From the NCBI GenBank assembly GCA_017654855.1, contig CM030332.1, forward strand, positions 5,518,001 through 5,582,000: a stretch of 64,000 nt of DNA, written 5' to 3'. A program made the position numbers and the translations under genes. The stretch's first letter is position 1. Each line of letters begins with the position of its first letter. The notes below the pieces were generated by a model that worked only from the letters and a program-made list of their open reading frames with translations, was not told the DNA's origin and did not search any database. This document shows, piece after piece, positions 1 to 12,752 of this stretch. The stretch is from Podospora anserina (lineage: Eukaryota).

Positions 1-139
1 ACACACACACACACTCGTTCGTTTTTCTTTATTAGCTGTGGTTATATTTCGTGTAAATATTTTTTGTGTATCAACCAACCCCTTTTTGTGATGAATATCT
101 GGAAAAGAGAACAGACATTGGATACCAGGAAAGAGCAGG

Positions 140-141
<2 letters not shown>

Positions 142-182
<41 letters not shown>
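142..182. repeat. (CAT)13 microsatellite, downstream of the cysA-like stop codon
   Basis: Perfect trinucleotide run read directly. It creates the spurious poly-His/poly-Met ORFs in the track. Confidence 0.95.
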
Positions 183-279
183 ATCATGGGCTCTGTTTCC
201 ACAGGGCCGAAAGAGAATAAAATCCTGAACTTTGTCACACCACTTCATTGTGTCCGCTTTGTATATATCCGTCCATCCA

Positions 280-1929
280 TCACCCCAAGAAATTCCTCAC
301 CATCCCCCCCACATTCTTCACATCCAGCAGAAACGTATCATGTCCAAACAGACTCTGCTCCTCGCTCAGCTCATAATGCGCCACGTTCCTGTTCCCCGCC
401 ATCCTCAACGCCTCCGCAATCTCCCTCTGCTGCCACGCCGGGAACAAAATATCGCTCGCCACCCCCATCACCAGCACCGGGTGATCCCACAGCACCGACA
501 ACCCAGCCACCAAATCCGCCGGCGGCTTCTGCCCCGGCCCCGAGTAATTGCTTCCCCCACTACCGAACGAGCTCCCCCCAAACCCAAGCCCATCCCTCTC
601 AAACTCCTCGTGGTGCTCCGGCTGCTCCTCATAAGGCGTATCCGGCAACGTCAAACTACACGCGTCTTGCTGATAACCCCCCTGCCCACCCCCCTCCCTC
701 AACGCCTTCTCCCTCTCTGCCCTCTTGGCCCGAATCGCAACCTGGTTCTCCCTCCCCAAATCAAACAAATCCATCGCCTTGCTCACATAAATCAGACTGT
801 TCGGATCATACGTCAGGCAAAACTTCTCCCCCGCATGATCCAGATACGTCTCCACCAAAAAGTCCGGGCACAGCGCAGGCGGTTTGTCCTTGTCCGCCCT
901 CCTCCTCCCAAACCTCTGCTCCCATTCCGGGCCGGACCGGTACGTGATGGTGGCGATCTCCCTCGCGAGCTTCATCCCGACGTGGGGGGGGATTTGGCCG
1001 TAGTAGTACCCCCTGTTCCAGTTGGGGTCGTTGAGGATCGCTTTGCGCTGGACGTACCGCATCGCGATGCTATACGGGTGCGACCTCGCGCAGGCAGAGA
1101 TGCTCACTATCCTGCCGACTCTCTCCGGGAACGCGACAGCGGCGGCGAGGGATTGCATACCCCCCATGCTGGACCCGACACTGGCATGGAGCTTTTCCAC
1201 CCCTAGGTGATCCAGCAGACGGAACTGCGCGCGCACCATGTCCGTTATCGTCAGCAGCGGGAAGCGGGTCGCGTAGCGTTTGCCGTCTGAGGGGTCGATG
1301 CTGCTTGGTCCGGTAGAGCCATAACACCCCCCTATGACGTTCGTGCAGATGACAAAGTATTTGTTGGTGTCCAGGGCCAGTCCGGGACCGATAAACTTCT
1401 CCCACCACCCGGGCTGGGGGTTGGCGGCGGTGGAATGGGCGTGGGAGGAGGCGGATAGGCCCGTGTGGAGGAGGATGACGTTTGTTCGGTCGGCGTTCAT
1501 CTCCCCCCAGGTCTCATAGGCAATGTCGAATTCGACGAGCCGGCCGCCGTGGTCGAGGAGTAAGGGGTTGTTGGAGTGGAATATTTGGGTTGCGCCGACG
1601 GTGTAGGAGGGCTCGGGACCGGAGGAGGTAGAGTCGGTACGGGTTTGGGAGGCGGAGGCAGCGGCGGCCTGTTGCCGGAGGGTTGCGGAGCGGGACTCGA
1701 GGGCGTCGACGCAGGGGAAGGACATGGCGGGGTTGGAGGGGGCGCCGCTGCGGCGGGGGGGTTGGTCGTGAAGGTGACGCCGGTGAGGTTGCGCCGCCGC
1801 CGTCAAGGGTCGCATACCCGGTGCCGCCGCATTGTGGCAGAGGGGTGTCGCGGGGTTGCTGCCGGCGGCACGGGTGAGGGCGGCCGAAGCTTGTCGGAGA
1901 CTGGATGTGACTTTGGTTCGTGACTTCAT
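280..1929 (-). CDS. cysA: MetX-family acyltransferase, serine O-succinyltransferase type (A. nidulans CysA / S. pombe Cys2-like), probably mitochondrial
   Basis: Single exon, first ATG at 1929 (MKSRTK...). Motifs [21 protein letters not shown] nucleophile elbow and FGHDTFL. TGLS rather than HALT/S points to the serine-acylating subgroup. Arg/Ser/Ala-rich N-terminus. Confidence 0.88.
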   Translation of the reverse strand: MKSRTKVTSSLRQASAALTRAAGSNPATPLCHNAAAPGMRPLTAAAQPHRRHLHDQPPRRSGAPSNPAMSFPCVDALESRSATLRQQAAAASASQTRTDSTSSGPEPSYTVGATQIFHSNNPLLLDHGGRLVEFDIAYETWGEMNADRTNVILLHTGLSASSHAHSTAANPQPGWWEKFIGPGLALDTNKYFVICTNVIGGCYGSTGPSSIDPSDGKRYATRFPLLTITDMVRAQFRLLDHLGVEKLHASVGSSMGGMQSLAAAVAFPERVGRIVSISACARSHPYSIAMRYVQRKAILNDPNWNRGYYYGQIPPHVGMKLAREIATITYRSGPEWEQRFGRRRADKDKPPALCPDFLVETYLDHAGEKFCLTYDPNSLIYVSKAMDLFDLGRENQVAIRAKRAEREKALREGGGQGGYQQDACSLTLPDTPYEEQPEHHEEFERDGLGFGGSSFGSGGSNYSGPGQKPPADLVAGLSVLWDHPVLVMGVASDILFPAWQQREIAEALRMAGNRNVAHYELSEEQSLFGHDTFLLDVKNVGGMVRNFLG

Positions 1930-2167
1930 GACGTTGTGGTATAGATTTGAACTTGAGTGATCTGGGCGCACCGCAAAGCAGCTCAATCGATGGCGGGTGA
2001 GAAGTGGTATAATTCGACTTCGAGATCGGACGGCGACTTTGAAATCATGGTGGAGATCTTGATTATCAATGCCGTGGGCTGCCGTTGCCGGCGCCCTTGA
2101 TGGCCATTTTGTTCGAGCTTGACATCGAATCCAGCAAATTATTGCATGGGGGCAGCATTACGTGCTT

Positions 2168-2174
2168 TCACGTG
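2168..2174. promoter_or_regulatory. TCACGTG E-box in the divergent cysA / F-box-like gene promoter
   Basis: Exact match to the Cbf1-type site of yeast sulfur genes, next to a second ACGTG core at about 2160. Function is inferred only. Confidence 0.3.
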
Positions 2175-2648
2175 CATCCAGGGGTTCTCGTGGGGCAATC
2201 CTTGGCACACACCCCTGGGGGTTGACTTATAGCTCCCCTGATCACCGTTCTTATCTTATCGGCGGTGGAGTGATGTCACAGGTGCTGTCCCGCCAATGAC
2301 GTTGCCCAACGCTCAGAGGTTCTAGATGCCTCCTCCACCTTTGAGCTCCCCTCCAAAACCTACGCACACCTGAGCAACAGCCCTGTCTTACACCTAGGCT
2401 GCACTGCCCATCAGGCTGCGGGTTAGGTCTCAAAAACAGCTGAAGAAATACTACTATAACACGCGTCGCATCCCGTCTTTATGTTACCCGGGAACCTAGC
2501 CCCTCCCTTCCTGCCATCTAGGAACAGTTCTTGCCCAAGTCAAGCACACATCACTCCACTTGAGCACGTACCGTAAACATCACCAATCAGGCAACAACCC
2601 TGCTACTGCCTACTGCTGCTGCCATCAGAACTGAAGCTTGTGTTCAGC

Positions 2649-3784
2649 ATGTGGAACACGGTCAGTCATATATTGACCGGCATACTTCCTCCCGTACTGC
2701 CCATCCGGCCTCGTCCAGACTCTGCACCAACTCCAGCCGACGGGACGACTGCACAGGACCCTACCACAGGCAAGATGGACGCCGAAGGGATGTACAAACC
2801 CAGCATCATTGACGTTATTGTCGTCAAGGCCATGCTGGTCAAAGGCCTCCAGATTCCTGTAGAGATCGCCGACAACATTATTGAGCTCGCCGAGTACTGG
2901 CCGCACGTCACCGCCGAGGTCACATGGGGAGACGAGCGCCCAAATCAAGTATGGAGCGGCGAGAGCAGAGAGAACCAGTTCTTGGTAAGCTCTCAAGCAT
3001 ACATAAATCGATATACCGTGGCTTACACTAACACAACATGTTACAGCTCCGCACACCACCCCTAGGCTTCCCAGACTGGGGAACCGACACAACAAGCTAC
3101 ACCAAAACGATCCATCCCAAGCCCCCTGGTGAAGGATATCCCACCTCGAGCTTCCAAAAACTAGCCAAATCCCCAGTCACTCTCCTCGCCCAGCCATGCC
3201 GCCGCATCGTCTTCACCATACGATCCAAAGATCAGGGCTGGGGCGGCGAGTACCACAATCAGAACACCTACAACGGCTCCTGGACATGGTTCGAAGCCGG
3301 GCTGGAAAGGTGGTGTAAAAGCCAGATACCTGATCCCCCACAGCCATGTGAATCCCATGAAGACCCAGTTCAGAAACCGGTGAGAGATGATGACGACAAC
3401 GACGATGATAAGCAACTGTCAATGAACCTCGAGGATCTGGCCACCGTGATTCCCGAGGTGGTGGTTGACCCGCAAAGTAATGAGTTCAAGATCAACCATC
3501 CGCTGCTTCCACGGGAGAACGTCAAGATTCAATGCAACAAGTTGACGGAGAGGGAATACATCACGCATGTGGTGGAGTGGAATCACGATGATGACGTGGA
3601 TCCTGAGGACGAGGTGGCGGCGAAGAAGCTACATGATGTTGGGAGGGGAGAGCAGACGGGGAATGGGGAGTTTGTGAGGAACATGAGGATTGGGGATGTG
3701 GTGACTGTTTGGGGGAAGACGAGGTTCGGGGGCTGGATTAATAACATCTCGTCGGTGAAGGTGGAGGTTTATTGGTCGGTGTAG
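2649..3784 (+). CDS. Conserved fungal protein with F-box-like motif and Trp/Gly-rich beta domain
   Basis: Exons 2649-2984 and 3047-3784. Intron 2985-3046 (GTAAGC...CTAAC...TACAG) joins them in frame. Motifs IPVEIADNIIELAEYW, FTIRSKDQGWGG, YNGSWTWFEA, GDVVTVWGKTRFGGWIN. Confidence 0.85.
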
Positions 3785-6700
3785 AGTCGAAGCTGGAAGA
3801 GATGGACTTGGGAGGCTGGACTGGTTGAGTATTGATACCTATTTTAGCAACAGTTGATGTTACTGTTTTTTGCTTTGTACCGTCGGCCTGTGTTCTGACT
3901 GAAACGTGTCTACCTAGTGTCTACCTAGAGTCCAATCAGCCAGATGAAAGTGCTTTCAAGTCAGCCGAGACTCGGGCCTACCGGCTGTCTATTGGGGCGA
4001 ATTGCTGGGACAATGACAGGAATTGACGTTGGACTTTGGCCAGTTTCGCTACGGCACGGTCCACAAAGAAGGGGCCGAGTGGCTTGGTAAAGCGACTGAT
4101 ATGTGTAGGATAGCTGCCAATCGTACGTTTTATTTATTGTTCATGAGGCAGGATAGATCTCGTTCACCAATCTCGTGGGAATGAATGTACGTGATACGAA
4201 CAAAGAGCTAGCCGCGAAACGACTTCCCAAAGTGCCCCGGCAGGAATGGGTGGAAGCCATCACAAGGTCAAGCGGCATCTCCCGTCCCGACTGGCTGATT
4301 CGGGCTGAGTTCTAGACCTGATAGCCATTACCACACTCTTCATTGAAGATATCTTTTTGTCATCGTCTTCCAATCAGCATAAACATCAGTAATCGACCGG
4401 TACTCCAATCACTTTCATAGGCCAGACTACGGGAGACCAACCTTTGTTCCCCTACCTATTCGGCTTCAGCAATCCCGCCAAGAACCACCCAACCACCACC
4501 TCGAAACGCATGAATGGATCACCGTAGGTAACCAAACCGGCAGTTCAGTTTGAAACGCTCAATAATTACTCCTTGGCTACCGCTCTTCCCGCGAAGATCA
4601 TCCAAAAATACATCTTCAATGCCGTTGATTTCCTTTAGAAACCGCAAAAGACGGGTGGGGGGTTATCCCACCACACTTCTTCCTTCCCAATTGCATCCCT
4701 ATCCATCCCCCTTTCCCGCATCCATCCCGCGCGGCATTGCATTCGGACATCATCACCAGCATCGGGTTCCTGCTTCTGGCTGGGGGGGATGTTGTCATGC
4801 AAGATAGCAACTGACAAGGCAATACCAAGCGGTGTTCAACGACTGAACACGGCAGGTCCAAGTGTTTTAGCTGCATAACCTCCTCGCGGTATGCACTCAA
4901 GCATCCTTCCATGCATATTCCATAACCCCTTGATAGAACGTTGACAGCTTGGCTCCCTCACCGAAATTGGAAGTTCACCGGCAATGGCATCCCCAAAAAG
5001 GCAAGTAGACTCCTCGCAAATACTTCAGACGCTTCAGCGCCGCCGTGAAGAGACGTGGAACGTGGGGGAAGGGGAAGACGAAAAACCATCAAGGTGTCTG
5101 TCTGTCCCTGATGACGACATATCAACCTTTCCCAAAAGGTACAGCCACAAACACCCAAAGCCAAACAAATTCGAAATCTGTTTTTGCTTTTCTTTTTTCA
5201 CTATTTTTTTGGTTTTTTTTTGGGAATTGTATTTAGTACATTTTTATACATTTGTGTCTTCCCCTCCTTCCCCTTTTTCCCCTATCCCATTCATCATCTC
5301 CAACAAAAAGCCCCTTGAGCTCTCCCACCTCCCACTTGGTATCTCATACATAAAAAACAGAAACCCACCACCCTCCCTGCCAATAAACAATCCCCCACAC
5401 ACAAAAGATGTAAACCAAATTCCCTAAGAAGTCCAATGTGCCCCCAATGTGATGATGATGCCATGTCTGTGTTATGAAGGGCCCATGTATCTCGTGGTTT
5501 AACGTTGAATGCCCCCTCTCCGTCGTGTCGTTCTCTTCATTGTAATACTCCAAGATATATAATCACCACCAAAACCCCCCAACTCACACCTCGATCAGCC
5601 AGGCCCATTACCCCCTAACTCGTCACCAATTCATCCATTCACAACAACAGGCCAAACAAACATAATCACGTAAGAAGCCACAGCCATGAAACCGCTAAAA
5701 AGCCATACAAAAAGAAAGAGAAAAACCATTTTGCTCGCTACATTCCATTGATTCCTTTGTGGTGGTATACTATAAGCTTCATGAGACAGACAATAACAAC
5801 ACGCAAACAGACAGAAAAAGAAAAACAACGCCCCGTATGTATGTAAATGCCCACTTTGTCCTCTTGTGTGAATGAAAAGCAAAAACAGGAAAATGCAAGC
5901 CTTCATCTTCTTCTTGACAACATCCATTCAAGACAGCACAGGGTGGGGAGGGGGGAAGAAAATAAAATGAAATAGGGCGGGAGAAAAAAATCACACCTAT
6001 TTCCCCCCGTGATGAGCGAGTCTGCAACCACAACCACAGCCAAACTGCCATTCATCCATCAATACAAAAGACACATTTGCCCATGCCACAAAAAAAAAAA
6101 CAAATGACCTTCTTTCCTCGTTCCTTTCTTTTCCTAACTTCTCCAATGAGTCCCACCCCTCCCCCGCTGTCCATCCTCATCATGTCGGGCCTTTGTATAA
6201 ATTTCGTTTCCTTTTTCGTGTTCAGATACCCCCCACCCTATGCCAGCAGGCCTTGAAGAGTCCCATGCCTGTCCCTCGTGAATGCTGCTTGTTCCCCCAA
6301 TCCTCTTCCAGACTGCGGAACAAGACTGCTGTAATCAAGTCGAGGGGAAAATTCAACACCCCCAGGGACCCAGATCGCAAAACCCAACCGCTAGGCCCTT
6401 GTCATGCTATTCGCTTTTGTTTTGCTGCCTGACTGGGCATGAACACGCTTTGTTTTCCCAATGGGGTCCCTTGAAGAACCCGATATCCCCGTCTATAGCC
6501 CATGATGCGCAAAACATGTGCGAGGAATATGCATAAAGAAAGCGCTGCTAGGTAGCAAAAGAGACGGCAACCGACGGTGGCCTGCTGACAGCATCCATAT
6601 CTTGCTTCGGCGATATCGGCGACGTACGTTTCAGGTCGAGGTCTCCGAACGACCGTCTCGCTCTCGCCCGAAGTCGTGAAATCAAGTGCCCGCTCGCTTC

Positions 6701-7008
6701 CAGGCTCTGCTCGCCCCATCTCTCTCACATAGGTGGTCTAATCATATGATACAGGTTCGAACTCCAGGTGGGCTAACGTGCGACTAAATAAGTATTATGC
6801 TGCATACACCTCCGTTGAAGAGATCCTGAACAAGCTGTCCAATATAGAGCTTCATCTTTGGTCGCTTGGACCTGGACTGTGAGTATCCAAGAAAGCCCTG
6901 TCTTGTCTTGATACGCAATCCAGGGCATGTAGCAAGCAATCAACGGAGTGAATGCACCCGCATTCTCGAGCAGATATCTCCATTGCCATCGCCGTGGTCT
7001 ACTGCTGC

Positions 7009-10000
7009 TCAGCCACCCTTGCGGTCGGCCTCATTTTTAGGCAGTTGCTCGCTTTGCGCAACGCCGTTGGTCCCATTCTTCAGGTCCGACAAACCCTTCT
7101 TGCGCGGCTTGGATTTCTGCCAGCTGTTGAAGCTATCAGACGGGCTTTTGGCAGAACGTGGGTTGCCAGATTCCCTTGAGCTTCCATGGGCACGGTGCTC
7201 CAAAACAGGCGATCGGTTCGAACTGTCGTGCTGCTTGGCGGAGGGTCCTGTCGGCGGCGTCTTTTGCGTCCCCGAACGAACGTCCCGATGTCCTCTAGGC
7301 GACTGAGCGACAACTGGTGGACCAAAACTCCGCAGGACGGTTGGGGACGGAGTCCGATGCTCGTAAACTGGCGAGAGGTGAGGCATGTCTTGAGCAACCG
7401 AGTACTCGTTAGTAGCTAGATCCAGTGGCGCAAGTTGGCGGTTGTTCAAGCGTGCCAAGCCCAGAATGTTGTTGGGGTCGTAGCCCATATGCGGGTAGTA
7501 GAGGTGAGTAGGAACAGCGGCCATGGTCACCCGCTGTTGAAACGACGCATCGTGGTGGTTCATGGTCGATGAAGGGGACCTGTTTGCTGTTGAGCCGTTG
7601 ACAATGACAGGCCGATCAGGCACGGTGAGTGACACGGGCTCCGAAGAAGTGGTGGAATAAGAAACCGACTGGTCGTTCCACGAATTGTTGGCACTGGTGC
7701 CTTGTTGGATATAGAGCGGGTTGCTATGGTGGATGTCCTCTGTGGTCGTAGTCTCAACGCCAAGCGGCGAACGGTTGGAAGTTGATGCTTGAGCCAGCTT
7801 GGGCACTGAACCATTCACCACAAGCGGTTTTGCAGACAGCTGTCCGTTGGTCTGCGCAAATGGTGCCGATGGGAGTGGCGCCGACATACCGGCAGAAATA
7901 GTCCGGGCATGCCCGAGAGGCGATGGTGATCGCGATGTACGCTTCATCCTCCGATCCAGTACAGCCTGGGGTCCTTGGTCCGTGGACAATCGACGACGAC
8001 CCTGGCTGCTCTGGTTCCGCGTGTTAAACACTGGTGTCCCACTTGGAAACCCAGTAACCTTGCGATTGGGACTAGCATGACCGTTGGGATAATGCCCCGC
8101 ATAACGGGCGCCGTCGTCTTCTGGAGCATCGGCCACAACCTTGGGCTCTTCGTAGTCGGTTTCGGATAGCTCATCTGGGGTGTAATTGGACACCGGGACA
8201 CCATTGACCTGTCGTGGGGGTATAGAGGACATGCCGTTTTGTGCTTGGCTTGCGGTGTACGCAGCCGCTGCCGACATGGCCTGCTGAACCGTGATCGAGC
8301 CTCTCGAAGCTGGCTGGGACTGCGACCTAAGGGCACCGCCAGAGGAGACACCCGTCTCACGAAGGTTTCTCCTGAATTCTGGCATTCCGTTGGAGGTGGT
8401 GGCCGCCGATGTCTGCGAAGCAGGGGACGAAGGGTATGTGGTGAAGCCCGGGTGGAAATAGGCCGGGGGCTGCATCGGAAAGCCGTACCCGTACATCAGA
8501 TCTGGGCGGATTGGAGCTGTTAATGGCGGGTTGTCAAAAGAATTTGTCCGGGATCTGTCTGAGCCTGAGCCACCCTGCATTCGCTGGGCGTGTGCAAGAG
8601 CCTGTTGCTGGTTGATCTGCTGGGCATGGGTGTACAACTGGAATCTCAGGTTTTGATCGTGTTGTGCAAGCGCATTTAGCGAGGTTTGCAGAAGCTCCTG
8701 AGGAACACCAATCTGCGGGTTTTGAGCCTGATACCAAACCAATTCCTGCGGGTTCATCGTCGTAGGCATGCCAGCCTGCGCAAAAGGCATGCTCTGCTCG
8801 TAGCCCTGATGGTTGGAACCGCGGCGGTTACCCTGGTTACCGTTGCGTTGATAGTTGTTCCTCTGGCTTCGATTGTTGAAATTGTTGCGCTGCTGCGGCC
8901 TGGATTGCTGCTGTGAGGCACTCCTAAGAAGCACAGGCCGTGGAGGCGCCGATGGCTTTTCCCATCTTCTTTCTTCCTCCTTGGGGTATACGTACTGCTC
9001 CCAACATTCAGCAAACTTGCCCTCGGCAAGGAGATCAAAAGCCCTCCTCAGTTCGAGATGAAGACCACGGAACGAGGTGTCATCGGCCGTGTTACCCAGG
9101 TTTCGTATTATGTTGAACGGCTCCTCGATGCACAGAGTGTTGTTGGTGCCGATGTGCCATTTCTTTTCCGTCTTGGTCAACAGCTTGCCGACTCGTATTG
9201 ACAATGCAAACTTGTCATAATCAAACTCGTATGCGTAGAACCGGAAGAATTGGAACAGAAGGGCTGCCAAGCTCTCCTTGTTCTTGGCACCGAATCCCGT
9301 CAGCTTTGGAACATCGTCGGCGAACTCGCTTCGAGTGCCGTCGCTCTTGAGAAGCTTCTCCTTCTGTCGTTGATGGAGCGCTGGCAATACCGGTGGGTCT
9401 CGGAGTTGGAGAAACGCGATGATCATGCATATCCAGGTATACGAGCTCAAAGTTCCGCCAAATGCCGCGTCATTGATGATTCGCCTCCGGGTCCAGTGCT
9501 TGATGATCATGGCCAAAGGTCGCACTCTTTCGTCGATACTCACATACGTCCGCACCATACGTGTATTCTCCAGAGCCAGAGTATTGTTGACGTTCATGTC
9601 GCAAGCCAGTTTGAGCTCGGGATCCCAGATCTTGACGATTGGCACCTTGGCCGCAGAGATGCAGACCACGTCTTGCATTCCATGTCTGTCGAGGAGGTCC
9701 GCTATTAGGCAAACATGCTCCAGTCCTTTCCATGGTGTTGTAATGCAGATATCAACTGTAAATGTCTTGTCAGAAACCCGGTTCGCGCCGGTCAGGGGGC
9801 CCAGGGATACTCACCATCAGAATCATCAGAGCACAGCAGGTTGCCCGACGAGCCAAACAGGTGCACCTTGATATCATGGCCAGGCCACTCGTCGTTGAAC
9901 AGCTTCTCCAGCTTGTTGACCAGCTTTTGCCGCTTTGTTTCCACCTCTTGTGTTGGTAATAGCACCCTGAACAGATCGTTCATTTCTGTCTCCAGACTCT

Positions 10001-10823
10001 TCTCGTTTTCCTCAGATAACCGACTTGGTATCCTTTCGAGGTCGCCCTTTTCTAACCTATCGGTCCCCAGGTTGTACGGCATGCGCCGCCGTGAGTGGGG
10101 AATGGCAGTCTCAAAACGGCACCCACCTAACCTAGGGGGGAGCGGCCGTAATGATGGGACATTTCCGTTGGTCTCTGAGTAAGCGGACCTTGGAGAATGG
10201 TTTTGTGTGGCATTTGGTGATGGTTCACGGGACTCGAACGAGAACTTGCGGGCGTGCTGATGTGGCGTTGAAGGTACCGAACTCGACTGAGCTGGGTGCG
10301 CAGTGCCATTCTGGCTCGCAGGCGGTGGTGGACGCACCGGTACACCGTTGCTGGTGGGCTGTTCTGAAGGCTTCTTGACTGGCATTTTGGATGTCTGATC
10401 CTTCCCTGATGTTATAAGCGCGCGGTCGGCGTTGTCTGAAGGCTTTGCTGGTCTGCTCCCATGACCGGTCTGGGCACCAGTTTTGATGTGGGTGTTGTCC
10501 TTGTTCGACACCTTGGAAGATGATCTCGACCTTGTAGTTGTCTTGGTCGATGGAGACGAGAGCACCGTAGGAAGCGGGGGAGCTTGCAACCCACCACCAC
10601 CACCACCACCCCGACCACTCGAGAGAAGTCTGTTATACTGGAGCAGCTTGCCCTGATAGGCCTGTTGTTGAGACAGGATGGGCAGAATGTCGGCGTAGTA
10701 CGGTGAGTATTCGGGCGTCGCGGCCGTGTTTAACCGGGGGGTTGTCAGGTTTGGCCCAACACCCGGCCACGGATGGGTCTGGTAAAGATGTTTAGTTTCA
10801 GCCGCGGTGGGCTGGCCGTCCAT
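7009..10823 (-). CDS. Non-canonical poly(A)/poly(U) polymerase, Cid1/Cid13 family (NTase + PAP-associated domain, long disordered tails)
   Basis: Exons 10823-9815 and 9755-7009. Intron 9756-9814 (GTGAGT...CTGAC...TACAG) restores FGSSGNLLCSDDSDVDICI. Also AKVPIVK, CDMNVNN, GGTLSSY and IEEPFNIIRNLG. Confidence 0.92.
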
Positions 10824-11618
10824 TAAGCTTGAACTCTGCAGAACGACAAGCGAAACAGTTCAGGTGCTGCGAAGCCGAAAAGGATCGGCCGAGGAGGTAC
10901 TTCGCTTGGAGAACCCAGAAGCCGATTGCCTTGGACTGCTGCTATGTACACTACCGGTAGCGATGCTAAGAGTGACAGACTAAAAGCAGTTGAAAGTCGT
11001 AACCTGATTTGAGGTTGAGGAGATCGATTGAGGGCGCAGCAGCACACTTGGTGATGACAGCTGTCGGCCCTGTTTGGCTTGTTTTTCCTGTCTGGTAAAA
11101 AGACTCCAAGTCTTCCCTGCAAGCTAATGCCACGGAGAGCTGTCTCTTGAGCTGCCAAACTGCCGTTGGTTGTCGGGAACCAGCAGGTTCAGTGGTCGCG
11201 GTCCGAATCCCAGAGGCACAAAGAGTGCAAATGGCAGAAAATCCGCTACACCCGGGATGTGGGTATTATGACCGATCGAAGAGCGATTTCTGTGGCGACA
11301 GACCCGTGTCGGCAATTTCCCAATAACAAAACGCAAACTTGGATATGGACGGCTGCGGTTTGCTCCGGCTTCCTGTTCGTCACAACTTTCTTTGGCTCGT
11401 CAACCAGCCTCGCGCAACCGAGGTCGCTGTGGAAGAATCGGTGAGCGGCAGCAGGTAGGATGACGCAAATGAGTGCTCGGTGAAGGGGAGCAGATTCGCA
11501 GGATCCGTGAAAGCCAAGCGGACAGAGAAAGTAAGTCGACCGTTAACTGATCGCAAACTAAGAACGAGTCGTAGACGGGTCGTGTCGAGAGGGTAGGTAG
11601 GTTCTCGAACGGGGTGTG

Positions 11619-11699
11619 TTAACCGCGAGCGACGGCGAAAGAGTGCACGGTTGGCATGGAAGGAATAACGCGCGAGGTTGGCTAAAGAACGCGAGACAT
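11619..11699 (-). promoter_or_regulatory. Two short candidate uORFs (11699-11682 MSRVL*, 11657-11619 MPTVHSFAVARG*) upstream of the Cid13-like gene
   Basis: These are the only minus-strand ATGs between 10824 and about 12050. Confidence 0.45.
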
Positions 11700-12711
11700 G
11701 CGGTGTCTGCTGGGTGTCGGTCGGAGCAGAGAAACCACAAAAAAGAACAAATAATACAAGGGAAATCAGACCGTGGTGATACTGGGGGCGTGACCGACCG
11801 GGCGAACGCGTGACGGGCGTCGACTTGGTTTTTGCTGTGGCAGCGGGAGAGGCAGGTTGGAAAGAGCCGGTGAGCCCTGGAAAAGGAGGACGGGACTGAT
11901 GATGTATGCTGTAGTATGGTGGGGACTTGTGCCAGCGTCGAGCTGGAAGCGCAAGGCGAGTCTCGAGGTCAGGGGAGGGTGTGTCGAGAAAAAGTGTAGT
12001 AGAGAGGGAGACTGGTCGAAGTTGGATTTAGAATCGCAGTCGGCTCGCTTCCATTGAGAGAAAGATGCGGCCCTACCTTGGGTGGATAGCGAGGTGTGTA
12101 GTTGCGGGAAACCTGGGTGCAGGTGGTTGCTTTGCTTTCCAGCAGCAGCGGAGCGGCCAGCAGTGAGAGAGCAAGTGCCACACACAACCGACAGGGGCCC
12201 AAGGCTAACAAAAAGGAGCACATCCAATATTAAGCCAGGCGACTCCTTACTCCACCAGCCCGAACCTCTCAGCCAGTCAGAACTCGTCTCTCTGCCAGAA
12301 GTGTGCCCGCCCCCGCTAAAACAGAATGCGTTCGAGCACCCTCTACCCAGTGTGAGAGCGTCTATTCTATACCTACCTTGAGGTCAGGTAGATAGATATT
12401 CAAATTCCAGAGAGCGGGCACCCGGCAGCTATGACCTAGGAAGTAGTCTCAACTCTGTCGCTCACCATCGCCCACCATGACCAGCACCAATGGGCAACGG
12501 TTGTCCTCAATTGAAAGAGAACAGAGAGTGGGGGAGCCAGGGAGCGCAGCCCGGCCCCGGGCTTACCGTACCGGCGACTCAGGCGCCCCCCTTGGCTTGT
12601 GCTTTGTTCCCAACGCCTCAGACGGAATTCTTTACTCTCGTTTTCCGCTCACCTAGTCGCTTTCTTTGGGGGCAAGGCAATGCAATGCAACGCAGAAAGC
12701 CGAAAGTGCAG

Positions 12712-12752
12712 AGAGAGGTGCCCTGCCCAGAGAGGTGCCCAGAGAGGTGCCC
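12712..12752. repeat. 12-bp tandem repeat AGAGAGGTGCCC x3 (one 5-bp interruption)
   Basis: Read directly. Confidence 0.85.

Noticed and set aside
42..1206. Poly-His/poly-Met and Pro-rich ORFs of 293 and 324 aa
   Set aside because: They are antisense shadows of the G-rich cysA 3' half plus the (CAT)n microsatellite.
12712..12752. CRISPR-like repeats
   Set aside because: A simple tandem minisatellite without unique spacers, in a eukaryotic context.
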